NCBI GenBank assembly: GCA_965199855.1
Contig: OZ241326.1
Span: 1,344,001 to 1,408,000 of the forward strand
Reading direction: 5' to 3'
Source: a bacterium
GTDB taxonomy: Bacteria; UBA8248
DNA: 64,000 nt
Shown piece by piece: positions 9,107 through 19,365 of the stretch; the stretch's first letter is position 1, and every line of letters begins with the position of its first letter. The notes below the pieces were generated by a model. It worked only from the letters and a program-made list of their open reading frames with translations, ran no database searches and was not told the origin of the DNA. The position numbers were made by a program, and so were the translations under genes.

Positions 9107-9823
9107 ATGAGAACGGCGAGGAAAATGGCCGCGCGGGGCGGACGCGGGCGCGCGACGCTCGCCCCCGCGCTTCTCGCCGCGCTCCTCGCGCTCTCGCCCG
9201 GCGCCGCGCCGGCGGAGGAGGAGATCGTCCTCGGCCGCTTCTCGGCGGGCGACCTCTCCGGCTGGACGACCAAGAGCTTCAACGGCGAGACCGCGTATCG
9301 CTTCGTCAGGGACGCGGGAGGCGGAACCGTCCTCGAGGCCGTCAGCGAGGGAACGGCCTCCGGTCTCGTGCTGGAGCGGAGGATCGACCTCACGAAGACG
9401 CCCGTTCTCGTCTGGCGCTGGCGGATCGAGCGTCCCGTCAGCCCGCCGGACGAGCGCAGCAGAGAGGGGGACGACTTCGCCGCGCGGATCTATTTCGTCG
9501 TCCCCGGCGCGGGCTGGCTCTCCCTGCCGGATTCCATCGCCTACGTCTGGGCGAGCCGCCAGCCCGAGGGCGCCTCCTGGCCCAACCCCTTCACCGGGAA
9601 AGTCCGCATGGTCGCCGTCGATTCGGGCGCGGAGCGCGCCGGGCGGTGGCGGACGCATCGCCGGAACATGCGCGAGGATTTCCGCGCGCATTTCGGGCGG
9701 GACGTCACCGAGGTCACCCACGTCGCCATCATGACGGATTCGGACAACAGCAAGCTCTCGGCGCGGGGCTGGTATGGCGACGTCCGCGTCGCCCCGGCGC
9801 AGCCGGGAGAGAAGACCCGCTGA
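9107..9823 (+). CDS. DUF3047-like exported protein
   Basis: Signal peptide, WRWRI, GDDFAARIY, IAYVWAS and AIMTDSDNS. Confidence 0.8.
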   Translation: MRTARKMAARGGRGRATLAPALLAALLALSPGAAPAEEEIVLGRFSAGDLSGWTTKSFNGETAYRFVRDAGGGTVLEAVSEGTASGLVLERRIDLTKTPVLVWRWRIERPVSPPDERSREGDDFAARIYFVVPGAGWLSLPDSIAYVWASRQPEGASWPNPFTGKVRMVAVDSGAERAGRWRTHRRNMREDFRAHFGRDVTEVTHVAIMTDSDNSKLSARGWYGDVRVAPAQPGEKTR

Positions 9824-9859
9824 GGACGGGCGGGGTTCAATCGCAAGGGAGAACAATTC

Positions 9860-10478
9860 ATGCGCGTCGCCGTGATTGATATAGGCAGCCCTGAAAAAGA
9901 CAACATCGGTTGGGCCATTGTCGGGAGAAAAAGCGATTGTGGCACCGATCTGGATAAATGCGTCAAATCTCTCGCCCGCGCGCTTGAAGCGGGTCCCTTG
10001 GCGCTCGGCTTTGAGGCGCCGATGTTCGTCCCCATGCGCGAGGAGCCGAAGTCGCTGACAGAGGCGCGGCGCGGTGAGGGCAATCGAGCATTCTCGGCTG
10101 GACCTGGCGCCACTGCCCTGGTTACTTCAACGGTGGTCGCGCCTTATGTCCTGCGTCGTCTCAGAGAAGACGTTCGGGATGCGGCGGCGACGCTTGATTG
10201 GCGCGACTGGCCGGGCGACCGCGCAGGGCCGAAGCAAATGCTTCTATTCGAGGCTTTTGTGACAAATCAGAATGGAAACAAGGATAATCGGCACGTTGAG
10301 GACGCCAAACTGGCGGCTGAAGAGATCTACTCGAAGCTCAAAGAGAAAGAGGAAAATTGAATCGGCTGTTACGGTCGATGAGTGTTTCAGCATTCTCGGC
10401 GCCATGATGCTGCGAACCGGCTGGTCAAGCGATATTCGCATTCTGTCTGAGTCGTGTCTGGTGGTCAGACCGGCCTAA
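9860..10478 (+). pseudogene. Lower-GC hypothetical protein, RNase H-like (DUF429-like) fold, apparently frameshifted near 10350
   Basis: VAVIDIGS...LALGFEAP...LFEAFV...HVEDA. The ORF stops at 10360 in an A/G-rich run while the +1 frame continues as IESAVTVDECFSILGAMMLRTGWSSDIRILSESCLVVRPA to 10478. Confidence 0.55.
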
Positions 10479-10494
10479 GCGGAGAGCGGGTCTT

Positions 10495-12519
10495 TTACTC
10501 CTCAAGCGCCTCGGCGACGAGTTCGGCGACGTCGGCGGCGCGGATGGTCTTCTCCGGGTCGAGCGCCTTCAGGGCGTCCTCGAACATCTGCATGCAGAAG
10601 GGGCAGGAGACGGCGGCGGTCTCTGCGCCGCAGGCCTTCACGTCCTCCAGCCGCTCGTGGTTGATGCGCTTCTTCGGGTCGTCGTCCATCCAGGCGTAGC
10701 CGCCCCCCGCCCCGCAGCAGAGCGAGCGCGAGCGGCTGCGCCCGAGTTCCGTGAAGCCGCCGTCCGAGATTTGACGAAGCGCCTCGCGCGGGGCGTCATA
10801 GACCCCGTTGTGGCGGCCCAGGTAGCAGGGGTCGTGATAGGTGAGGGAGCCGGGCGACTTCCGGAGCCTGAGCTTTCCGCTCCGGATGAGCTCGGCGATG
10901 AGCTGCGTGTGGTGCACCACCTCGTAGTCGCCGCCGAAGTCGGGGTATTCGTTCCTGTAGGTGTTGAAGCAGTGCGGGCAGGTGGTGATGATTTTCCTCA
11001 CCCCGTAGCCGTTCAGCGTCGCTATGTTCCGCTTCGCGCACATCTGGAAGGTGAACTCCCCCCCGACGCGCCGCGCCGGATCGCCCGTGCAGACCTCCTC
11101 CGCCCCCAGAATCGCGAAATCCACGCCCGCCGCCTTGAGAATCTTCACCATCGCCCGCGAGATCTCGATGTTGCGGTCGATCATCGAGCCCGTGCAGCCC
11201 ACCCAGTAGAGATACTCCGCCCTCTCGCCGCTTGAGAGGACTTTCACGTCCAGCCCCTCGTACCACTCCTCGCGGTTGCGTTGGGCGCCCACCCAGGGGT
11301 GGAGCCGATCGTCCATGGACTTGAGGAACTGGCGCGCGTCCTCGCTCGTCTTCGACTCCATCATCACCAGATGGCGGCGCATGTCCACCATCTTGGGGAC
11401 GTGCTCGATGAATACGGGGCACTCCTGCTGGCAGGCGCCGCAGGTGCGGCAGCCCCAGAGCTCCTCCTCCAGGACGGCGGGCCTCTCCGCGGGCTCGCCG
11501 AACAGGGGCGCGCGCTCCGCCGCCTCGCCGTTCGCCTCGCCCGCCTCGCTCATGTGCGCCTTCATGTCCTGAATCAGCTTTCGGGGGCTGAGCGGCACGC
11601 CGCTCATGTAGGCGGGGCAGACGTCCTGGCAGCGGCCGCAGTTCGTGCAGGCGTCCAGATCGAGGAGGCTCTTCCAGGTGTATTCCTCGATTTTCCCGAC
11701 GCCTAGGGTTTCCAGCGCCTCGGGGTCCGACTCCATCGCCGCTTCGATGTCGATGAAGCGGAGCTTGCCGCTCGGCTCGAGATTCCGGCAGAAGGCGTTC
11801 AGCAGGCCGTACCAGATGTGGTTGAATTTCCCGAAGCCCATGTAGCCCAGCAGGACGAAGGCGCTCACGGCGTGGAACCACCAGTTCACGCGGTGGAGGA
11901 AGCGGAGCGTCTCGACGTCGAGGCCCTGCGCCATCAGGGCGATCGCGTAGCCGCCCGGCGACCAGGGCGCCAGGCCCGGCTGCTGCCTGAGCTCCGTCGC
12001 CGCGATGCGAAGCCCCTCCACCACGAAGCCCTGCGCGAAGACGAGCAGGAGCAGCCACAGCGCGAGGTGGTCGTCGAGCATGGAGTTCATGCGCTCGGGC
12101 CGCGTCACCAGACGCCGCCAGAGCGCCATCAGGATTCCGACGATCCCCAGGAGGCCGAAGCCGTCGCTGAGCAGGGAGTAGCCCAGATAGAGGTTTCCCT
12201 TGAGATAGTGGATGCCCGTCCACTCCTGGACGGCGATCATCGACGTGGCGATGAGCTCGGCGAAGAAGCCGTAGAAGATGAACAGGTGCATGAGGCCGGG
12301 GTAGGCGTCGCGCAGCATCCGGCGATGAAGCAGGAGCTCGCCCGCCACGCCCGCGAGCCGCCTGCCGGGGCTGTCGGTTCGCGCCTCGCCGCCGCCTAGA
12401 CGCCACAGCCTCACGCGCTGGTATATGCCGAAGGACATGACGCCGAGCGCCGCCGCGGCGAGAAGATAGACCAGGGGGCCCAGGACGATGTTCCAGTAGA
12501 TTTCCCGCGTGGGCGTCAT
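10495..12519 (-). CDS. Membrane Fe-S oxidoreductase, FadF/HdrD-like (TM domain, 2x[4Fe-4S], two CCG domains)
   Basis: [39 protein letters not shown] and LCCGAGGG; start [11 protein letters not shown]. Confidence 0.9.
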   Translation of the reverse strand: MTPTREIYWNIVLGPLVYLLAAAALGVMSFGIYQRVRLWRLGGGEARTDSPGRRLAGVAGELLLHRRMLRDAYPGLMHLFIFYGFFAELIATSMIAVQEWTGIHYLKGNLYLGYSLLSDGFGLLGIVGILMALWRRLVTRPERMNSMLDDHLALWLLLLVFAQGFVVEGLRIAATELRQQPGLAPWSPGGYAIALMAQGLDVETLRFLHRVNWWFHAVSAFVLLGYMGFGKFNHIWYGLLNAFCRNLEPSGKLRFIDIEAAMESDPEALETLGVGKIEEYTWKSLLDLDACTNCGRCQDVCPAYMSGVPLSPRKLIQDMKAHMSEAGEANGEAAERAPLFGEPAERPAVLEEELWGCRTCGACQQECPVFIEHVPKMVDMRRHLVMMESKTSEDARQFLKSMDDRLHPWVGAQRNREEWYEGLDVKVLSSGERAEYLYWVGCTGSMIDRNIEISRAMVKILKAAGVDFAILGAEEVCTGDPARRVGGEFTFQMCAKRNIATLNGYGVRKIITTCPHCFNTYRNEYPDFGGDYEVVHHTQLIAELIRSGKLRLRKSPGSLTYHDPCYLGRHNGVYDAPREALRQISDGGFTELGRSRSRSLCCGAGGGYAWMDDDPKKRINHERLEDVKACGAETAAVSCPFCMQMFEDALKALDPEKTIRAADVAELVAEALEE

Positions 12520-12623
12520 GTGGGAGTCCCGTGGGGCTGCGGGGCGCGCGGGGGCTTCTGCGCTTCCGTTTTTCGGGAGAGTAGCCAAACTCGCGGGAAA
12601 TGTCGAATCATCGCGCGGATCGT

Positions 12624-12652
12624 TTGAAACGCGGCCGTCTTTGCGGGATAAT
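12624..12652 (+). promoter_or_regulatory. Candidate sigma70 promoter
   Basis: TTGAAA-17 nt-GATAAT, 40 bp upstream of the ATG at 12692. Confidence 0.5.
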
Positions 12653-12691
12653 TCCGAAGCGGGAATTTTCGGGAGGGCGCGGAGGCGGCGA

Positions 12692-13105
12692 ATGAGCGAG
12701 CGGAAGATTCGGGTGCTGGTGGGCAAGCCCGGCCTCGACGGGCACGACCGGGGGGCGAAGGTCGTCGCACGCGCGCTCAGGGACGCCGGCATGGAGGTGA
12801 TTTACACGGGCATTCGCCAGACGCCCGAGCAAATCGCCTCGGCCGCCATGCAGGAGGACGTCGACTGCGTGGGCCTCTCGATTCTCTCCGGCGCGCACAA
12901 CCACCTGTTCCCCAGAATACGCGAGCTCCTCGACCGGCAGGGGATGGAGGACGTCCCCCTCTTCGGGGGCGGCATCGTGCCGGACGAGGACATACCGGCC
13001 CTGAAGGAGAAGGGGGTGGACGAGATTTTCACCCCGGGCGCCACGATGGAGGCCATCGTCGCCTACGTGCGGAAAACGGCGGCCGGGCGCGGGCGCGGCG
13101 CGTGA
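12692..13105 (+). CDS. Cobalamin-binding small subunit of an acyl-CoA (methylmalonyl-CoA-type) mutase
   Basis: [12 protein letters not shown] (DxHxxG), GLSILSGAH and FGGG. Confidence 0.93.
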   Translation: MSERKIRVLVGKPGLDGHDRGAKVVARALRDAGMEVIYTGIRQTPEQIASAAMQEDVDCVGLSILSGAHNHLFPRIRELLDRQGMEDVPLFGGGIVPDEDIPALKEKGVDEIFTPGATMEAIVAYVRKTAAGRGRGA

Positions 13106-13190
13106 TGAAGCGGCCGCGTTGCGGCGCGCGCCCCCCTCGCCTATACTGCGGGGCGCGGCGGCCGCGCTTTTTGGAAACCGGAATGAAGGG

Positions 13191-13646
13191 ATGACGATGA
13201 CGAAATGGCCATGGCGCGCGGGGCTGGCGGCCTGCCTGCTGCTCGTCGGCGCCTGCCAGCGCAGCCCGATAGAAAACGCCCTGCGGGGCGCTCTCCTTCC
13301 CACGGAGGAGAACGTGGTCGTCAGGTCCTACTGCCAGAGTTGCCACGTGCACGTGAAGTTCGAGGAAGCCTCGCACGTGGAGAAGCAGCAGCTCCGGTAT
13401 GACGGGAAAAGCCCGCTGCGCGCCGCCACCCGGTGCCTCGAATGCCACGTCCTGCGTCCCAGAACGGTTTTTCGGGGAGAAGAGGAGCGCAGGACGCGCT
13501 TTCCGCACGGCGGGCTGATCGAGGTCGCCGACATCCCCAGCCCGAAGCCCGCCGCCGCCCTGAAAGGCGGAGACGGGCCGGCTCCCAAGACCGGCGCTCC
13601 CGCGAAAAAGAAGAAGAGGCGCTGGTATTTCCTGTATCTCTACTGA
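13191..13646 (+). CDS. Putative diheme c-type cytochrome lipoprotein
   Basis: Lipobox LVGAC and two CxxCH motifs (CQSCH, CLECH). Confidence 0.75.
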   Translation: MTMTKWPWRAGLAACLLLVGACQRSPIENALRGALLPTEENVVVRSYCQSCHVHVKFEEASHVEKQQLRYDGKSPLRAATRCLECHVLRPRTVFRGEEERRTRFPHGGLIEVADIPSPKPAAALKGGDGPAPKTGAPAKKKKRRWYFLYLY

Positions 13647-14455
13647 GCCGGCCGCCGGGTCGGATCGAGCAGGTCCCGCAGCCCGTCGCCCAGCGCGTTC
13701 AGTCCCATGACGGTGAGGGCGATGGCGATTCCCGGATAAATCGTCAGGTGCGGCGCGACGAGCAGGAAGTCGCGCCCCTCGGCCAGCATCGCCCCCCAGC
13801 TCGGCTCCGGCGGCTGTATCCCCAGACCCAGGAACGAGAGGCCCGACTCGGCGAGAATCGCCCCCGCCATGCCGAAGCTCGCCTCCACCACGACGGGAGA
13901 GACGACGTTCGCCAGCAGGTGCCGGGTGAGGATGCGCGCGGGCGCGGCGCCCGCGGCGCGGGCGGCGGTGACGAACTCGCGCTCGCGCAGCGCGAGCGTC
14001 TGCGCGCGGACGAGGCGCGCGTAGCCCACCCACCCGAACGCCGAGAGCGAGAGGACGATGTTCCACAGGCTCGGCGCGAGGACGGACATGAGCGCGATGG
14101 CGAGCAGGATGCCGGGAAAGGCGAGGAACACGTCGGTTACGCGCATGATCGCCTCGTCCCAGATTCCGCCGAGGTAGCCCGCCGCCCCTCCGATGAGAAC
14201 CCCCAGCAGCGCGGAGACGGAAACGGCGGCGAAGCCCACCGCGAGCGAGATTCTGCTGCCGTGCAGAACGCGGCTCAGGATGTCGCGGCCCAGCTTGTCC
14301 CGCCCGAAGGGGTGCGCCGCGTCGGGAGGCGCCAGCCCCTCGGACAATTCCATCGCATAGGGGCTTTGGGGCGAGAGCGCCGGGGCGGCGAGCGCCGCGG
14401 CGAGCAGGAGGACGATGACGCCGCCGCCCAGATAGATGGCCAGTCCGCCCCTCAT
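13640..14455 (-). CDS. Peptide/nickel ABC transporter permease (DppC-like)
   Basis: HPFGRDKLGRDILSR, EAA loop REFVTAARAAGA and LSFLGLGIQPPEPSWG. Confidence 0.92.
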   Translation of the reverse strand: MRGGLAIYLGGGVIVLLLAAALAAPALSPQSPYAMELSEGLAPPDAAHPFGRDKLGRDILSRVLHGSRISLAVGFAAVSVSALLGVLIGGAAGYLGGIWDEAIMRVTDVFLAFPGILLAIALMSVLAPSLWNIVLSLSAFGWVGYARLVRAQTLALREREFVTAARAAGAAPARILTRHLLANVVSPVVVEASFGMAGAILAESGLSFLGLGIQPPEPSWGAMLAEGRDFLLVAPHLTIYPGIAIALTVMGLNALGDGLRDLLDPTRRPAQ

Positions 14456-15372
14456 TCCAGCCTCACGCGGGGGTCGAGCCAGGCGTAGGCGAGGTCGGCC
14501 AGAAAGTTGGCGCTCACGTAGACGAGGGCGATGAACAGCACGCAGCCCTGCACGAGCGGATAGTCGCGGGCGGCGATGGCCTGAATCACCAGCCTCCCCA
14601 CGCCGGGCCAGGCGAATACCGTCTCCGTGATGATGGCGCCCGAAAGCAGGGCGCCGAGCTGGAGGCTCAGGACGGTGATGAGCGGCAGGCAGGCGTTCCT
14701 GAGCGCGTGGAGCCAGAGCACCCTGCGCTCCGAAAGCCCCTTGGCGCGCGCCGCGCTCACGTAGTCGCGCGGCAGCTCCTCCAGGAGGCTCGAGCGCGCC
14801 ATGCGCATGAGGATGGGAGAGAGCGCGGCGCCGAGCGTCGCGGCGGGCAGAACGAGGCTCAGGGCGCCCTCCCTGCCCGAGACGGGAAGCCAGCCCAGTC
14901 CGATGGAGAAGACGATGATGAGCAGAGGCCCCAGCCAGAAGACGGGAACGCTCGCCCCGGCCACGGCGAGGAAGCCCGCCGCCAGGTCCACGCCCGCGCC
15001 CGGCCGCCGCGCCGCCGCCGCCCCCAGCGGAAGCGCGATGAGCGCGGCGGCCGCCATGGCGGCGAGTGCCAGCTCGGCCGAGGCGGGGGCGCGCTCCAGG
15101 ATGATGGCCGACACCGCTCTTCTCTGGTGGAGCGAGACGCCCATGTCCCCCGCCAGCAGCCCGCCCATGTAGTCCGCGTATTGGGCGCCGAGGGAGCGAT
15201 CCAGCCCCAGCGTCCGGCGCAGCCGCTCGCGCTGGGCGGGCCGGGCGGTCTCGCCCAGCATCAAATCCACCGGGTCGCCCGGCAGCGCCTGGGTGACGAC
15301 GAACACGAGCGTCGCCACCCCCCACAGAACGGGGAGGAGGAGGAGGACGCGCCTCAGCATGAACCTTCTCAT
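14452..15372 (-). CDS. Peptide/nickel ABC transporter permease (DppB-like)
   Basis: PGDPV, LGLDR, DYVSAARAKGL and TETVFAWPGVG. Confidence 0.92.
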   Translation of the reverse strand: MRRFMLRRVLLLLPVLWGVATLVFVVTQALPGDPVDLMLGETARPAQRERLRRTLGLDRSLGAQYADYMGGLLAGDMGVSLHQRRAVSAIILERAPASAELALAAMAAAALIALPLGAAAARRPGAGVDLAAGFLAVAGASVPVFWLGPLLIIVFSIGLGWLPVSGREGALSLVLPAATLGAALSPILMRMARSSLLEELPRDYVSAARAKGLSERRVLWLHALRNACLPLITVLSLQLGALLSGAIITETVFAWPGVGRLVIQAIAARDYPLVQGCVLFIALVYVSANFLADLAYAWLDPRVRLE

Positions 15373-16931
15373 TCGCCGCCCCGCCGCGCGCCCGGGGAGA
15401 GCCTGACCCTCGCCAGCGAGATCAAATCCTCGTCCGGGAACACGCGATAGCCCGAGATGCGCCTGTCGAATGCCGCCACGTTCACGCTGTGCCACAGGTT
15501 CACGTAGGGAAGCTCGGCGCCGAGGATGCGCTGCGCCTCGCCATACAGGCGGGCGCGGGCGTCCGCGCGGGCGTCGGCGCGCGCGGCTTCGAGGAGCGCG
15601 TCCACGCGCGCGTTTGCGTAGCCGCCCCGGTTGAGGCCCGCCGGCGGCGTGAAGCGGCTGTGGAAGATGTGGCGGTAGATGTCCGGGTCGGATATGCCGA
15701 CCCACGTCAGGCTGTAGAGCTGGAAATTCCCGCTTCGGACGTCGCCGAAAAATGTGCCCCACTCATAGGAGCGGATTTTCATTTCGATTCCCACGGCGGC
15801 GAGCTGATGCGCCAGCACGGAGGCGACGCGGCGCCTCAGCTCGTTCTGGGAGGTTTTGTAGATGAGGGTGAAGCGCGGTCTGGGCCCCGGCCCGTCGGGG
15901 TCGGGAAAGCCCGCCTCGTCGAGGAGCTTTCTCGCGAGCGCCGGGCGGTGCGCGTAGCGGGGCAGGCCCTTTTCGTGTGCCCAGTGGGTCGGCGGCAAGA
16001 GGCTGTCCGCCTCCCTGGCGAGGCCCTTGAGGATGAAGCGGACGATGGGCGCCCTGTCGATCGCGTGGGCGATGGCGCGCCGCACTTTCAGCCTGGAGAG
16101 AATCGGGTCGCTCAGGTTGAAGCCGATGTAGCTGAAGTTCGTGCCCAGGCGCCTGCGAACCCGGAGCCGCTCGTTCTTGAGGAGCCGGGGCAGGAGATCG
16201 GGGGAAAAGGAATTCTGGAGGAAATCGACGCCTCCGCTCTCGAGTTCGAGGACGCGGATGGTCTCCTCCGGCAGGATTCGGAAGACGAGGCGCTCGAAGG
16301 CGGGCCTGCCGCCGAAGTGGCCGGCGAACGCCCGGAGGGTGACGCGATCGTCGGGCGCGAACTCCGCGAACTCGAAGGGTCCGGTGCCGACGGGCCTTTG
16401 GGCGAAGCGCCTCCCCGCCCCGCGCGCGCTTTCGGGGAGGATGCCGACCATCAGCGATTCCGCGAAGGAGGCGGAGGGCTCCCTCAGATGGAATACGACG
16501 CTGTGCGGCGTGGGCGTCTCTATGCGCGCGAGCTCCTCCAGGCCCGCCGCCTTGGGGGAGGCGAGCGCGGGGTCCCGAATGGAGTCGAAGGTGTATTTCA
16601 CGTCGGCCGAGGTGAGGGGCGCGCCGTCGTGGAACCGCACGCCGCGCCTGAGCTCGAAGCGATGAACGAGGGGCGTGGGCCGCTCCCAGCTGCTGGCGAG
16701 CTCCGGAACGAGGCGGCCTTCTTGATCCCTGGCTATCAGGCGGTTGAAAATGAAGCGCTGCACCTGGGAGGAGACGGCGTCCTGCGAGAGCCTCGGGTCG
16801 AGCTGCGTCGGGTTGGCCTCGATGCCGACCACGAGGGCGCCGCTTTCGACGCGGCGCCTCTCCCCGCAGCCGGATGAGGCGCCCCACGCGAGAGCGAGAA
16901 GGACGGGAAGGACGAGCGATTTTTTCTTCAC
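15369..16931 (-). CDS. Peptide ABC transporter substrate-binding lipoprotein (family 5)
   Basis: LDPR, PELASSW, LRRGVRFHDG and GTGPF; lipoprotein-type signal ending SSGC; GTG start inferred. Confidence 0.9.
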   Translation of the reverse strand: MKKKSLVLPVLLALAWGASSGCGERRRVESGALVVGIEANPTQLDPRLSQDAVSSQVQRFIFNRLIARDQEGRLVPELASSWERPTPLVHRFELRRGVRFHDGAPLTSADVKYTFDSIRDPALASPKAAGLEELARIETPTPHSVVFHLREPSASFAESLMVGILPESARGAGRRFAQRPVGTGPFEFAEFAPDDRVTLRAFAGHFGGRPAFERLVFRILPEETIRVLELESGGVDFLQNSFSPDLLPRLLKNERLRVRRRLGTNFSYIGFNLSDPILSRLKVRRAIAHAIDRAPIVRFILKGLAREADSLLPPTHWAHEKGLPRYAHRPALARKLLDEAGFPDPDGPGPRPRFTLIYKTSQNELRRRVASVLAHQLAAVGIEMKIRSYEWGTFFGDVRSGNFQLYSLTWVGISDPDIYRHIFHSRFTPPAGLNRGGYANARVDALLEAARADARADARARLYGEAQRILGAELPYVNLWHSVNVAAFDRRISGYRVFPDEDLISLARVRLSPGARRGGE

Positions 16932-17089
16932 TTGGATATACCGGCGGGCGAGGCGTCTTTGGGGAGATTCGCACGGGCGGGAGCCCGGCGTCAACGCCGC
17001 GGCTCCGCCCGGGTTTACAGTCCCTTTCGGGAGGATTAAGATTGGCGCGACATGAATTCGCCGGTTCGATGATCTGGAGGGGTTCGCCG

Positions 17090-17632
17090 ATGGGATGGAG
17101 CAGGCGGGGTTTGAAGCGTGCTGTCCGCGCGGCGGCGGTGGCGGCCGCCCTCGCTCTGGCGGGCGCGGCCATGGCCGCGCCCTTCGACGAGAATCGCCCG
17201 AAGGTGGGGGAGAAGGCGCGAGAGTTTGAAGTCCAGGGCTTCAGGCTCTCCGACCTCAAGGGAAAGAAAAGCCTGCTGATGGTGTTCTACCGGGGCCACT
17301 TCTGAGGCGTCTGCCAACGGCAACTCGTCGAGTTCCAGCGATTCTCCGAAAAGATTCGCGGCCTGGGGGCCGAAATCGTCGCCATCAGCACGGACAACGC
17401 GCTTGACGCCGGCAGGACGACCCGGGAGCTGGGTCTGCGGTATCCGATAATCTCCGACGCGCAGAAGCGCATCGTCCAGCTCTACGGCGTGCTTCACCCC
17501 CGGGAGAACCTCGCCCGGCCCGCCGTTTTCATCATCGACAAGCGCGGCGTGGTTCGCTACGTCCACGTGGGCAGGAATTTCAGGGATCGCCCCTCGCTTC
17601 AGCAGGTGATGCAGGCCCTGGCCTTTTTGTGA
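17090..17632 (+). CDS. Exported peroxiredoxin-like (AhpC/TSA) selenoprotein; UGA at 17303-17305 read as Sec
   Basis: FYRGHF-UGA-GVC (UxxC) continues in frame as IVAISTD, YPIISD and RPAVFIIDKRGVVRY to TGA at 17630-17632. Has a signal peptide and a SECIS-like hairpin. Confidence 0.88.
17319..17336 (+). promoter_or_regulatory. Bacterial SECIS-like hairpin
   Basis: GG(C)AACTC-GTC-GAGTTCC, with the loop G 22 nt after the UGA and a bulged pyrimidine. Confidence 0.6.
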
Positions 17633-17681
17633 GCGGCCCCGACGCCCCTACGCTCCCGCCCGCCCGCGACGGACGCCGGCC

Positions 17682-19358
17682 ATGAGATTCGAGAATCAGG
17701 ACGCGGCGGGCCGCCTCCTCCGGTTCCTCCTGTGGGGGATGGCGCTGTCTCTCCCCGCGCTCTGCGCGTCGGACGCCTTCGCCGCGAAGGGGAAGCGCGC
17801 GGGCAGGCGCGTCATCGGGACGAAGGCCGCCTTTCAGGCGAGGGTGAGGCGCGCCGTCAAGAGGCAGTGCGCCCGCCCCGGAGGCCTGGGGCTTTACGTC
17901 CGCTCGGTCTCCACGGCGCAGACGCTCTTCTCCCACAACGCCGCCGTCAGGCGCGTCCCCGCGTCGAACGTCAAGCTCCTCACCGCCGCCGCCGCGCTCG
18001 CGCGCCTGGGGCCGGACTATCGGTTCGCCACCGACTTTTACGCGGAAGCCGAGGCGCGGGGCGGCGTCCTCCACGGCGATCTGTATCTCAAGGGCTACGG
18101 CGATCCCCTCTTCACGCAGGGGAGGATGCGCGACCTCGCGCGGCGGCTGAAGCTGCGCGGCGTGCGGCGCGTGAAGGGCGATCTGGCGGCGGACGATTCG
18201 TTTTTCGACGCGCGGAGATACGGGCGCGGGTGGCGCGTGGGCGGCTCCATCCGCCCCTATCTGGCGCCGCACGGGGCGCTGTCCCTGAATTTCAGTCTGG
18301 TGAGCGTGCTGGTGGCCCCGGGCGAGAGGCCCGGCGACCCCGCCCGGGTGCTGCTGGAGCCGCCCTCGCGCGCGCTTCGCCTCGAGTCGCGCGTGAAGAC
18401 CGCGCGCGGCGAGCGGCGGCGGGTCGCGCTGGGCCGCCGCCGCGTCAGGGGGAGGGACGTGGTCCGGGTGAGCGGGCGGGTTTCTGTGGGCGAGGAGATG
18501 AGAACCCGGCGGGTGCCCGTCACGGACCCCACGGCCTTCGCCGCCGGGGCGGTCGCCGCCGAGTTCGAGAGGCAGGGCATCGTCCTCGAGGGCCGCGTCC
18601 GGCGGGCGGCGACGCCGCCCGGCGCGCGGCTTCTGGCGCGAAACCTCTCGCCGCCCCTTGGCGAGGTGGTTCGCGGACTGAACAAGCACAGCAACAATTT
18701 CGTGGCCGAGCAAATCCTGAAGACGCTGGGCGCGGAGACCTACGGCGCGCCCGGAACCTCGGAGAAGGGCCTGCGCGCGGTGCGGGATTTTCTGATCTCC
18801 GTCGGCGTTGCGGCGAAGGACTTCGAGCTCGCCGACGGCTCGGGCCTGAGCCGGATGAGCCGCGTTTCGCCGCGCGCGCTCGTGGCGCTGCTGGAGGCGG
18901 CGCACAACGACTTCCGGCTGCGGCCCGAGTTCACGGCGTCGCTGGCCGTGTTCGGCGTCGACGGCACGGTGCGAAAGAGAAGGGGGGCGCGCGCCGCCTC
19001 GCGCCGGGTGCGCGTGAAGACGGGGATGCTGCGGGGCGTGCACGCCTTCAGCGGCTACGCGGCCGCCGAAAACGGGGAAATCCTCGCGTTCTCCGTTCTC
19101 GTCAACGAGGATGCGTGCCGGCCCAAAAGCCTCACGGGCGCGCTCGTGCGCGCGATGACTGTATTCAGCCGGAATCTTCCGAATCCCGCGGACGCCTATT
19201 TCGAGGGCGCGCGGAGGATGCTCGCGCGGCCCATGCCCGCGCCGCGCCTCAGGGACCGGTGGCGCGGGCGGGGCGCGCCGCGTCCCGTCGGGGCGGGGGA
19301 TTCCGCCGGGGCGGAACGGCGCGCGGGGGCCGCCCCGGGCGGCGGGAGGACGGAGTGA
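17682..19358 (+). CDS. dacB: D-alanyl-D-alanine carboxypeptidase/endopeptidase PBP4
   Basis: PASNVK (SxxK), SNN, DGSGLSR and KTG. Confidence 0.93.
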   Translation: MRFENQDAAGRLLRFLLWGMALSLPALCASDAFAAKGKRAGRRVIGTKAAFQARVRRAVKRQCARPGGLGLYVRSVSTAQTLFSHNAAVRRVPASNVKLLTAAAALARLGPDYRFATDFYAEAEARGGVLHGDLYLKGYGDPLFTQGRMRDLARRLKLRGVRRVKGDLAADDSFFDARRYGRGWRVGGSIRPYLAPHGALSLNFSLVSVLVAPGERPGDPARVLLEPPSRALRLESRVKTARGERRRVALGRRRVRGRDVVRVSGRVSVGEEMRTRRVPVTDPTAFAAGAVAAEFERQGIVLEGRVRRAATPPGARLLARNLSPPLGEVVRGLNKHSNNFVAEQILKTLGAETYGAPGTSEKGLRAVRDFLISVGVAAKDFELADGSGLSRMSRVSPRALVALLEAAHNDFRLRPEFTASLAVFGVDGTVRKRRGARAASRRVRVKTGMLRGVHAFSGYAAAENGEILAFSVLVNEDACRPKSLTGALVRAMTVFSRNLPNPADAYFEGARRMLARPMPAPRLRDRWRGRGAPRPVGAGDSAGAERRAGAAPGGGRTE

Positions 19359-19365
19359 GGGGCCG

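Noticed and set aside
17563-17570. Other CCACGTGG cores (also near 21443) as parS
   Set aside because: Only the 8-bp core matches, the TGTT/AACA arms are missing, and they lie within coding sequence.
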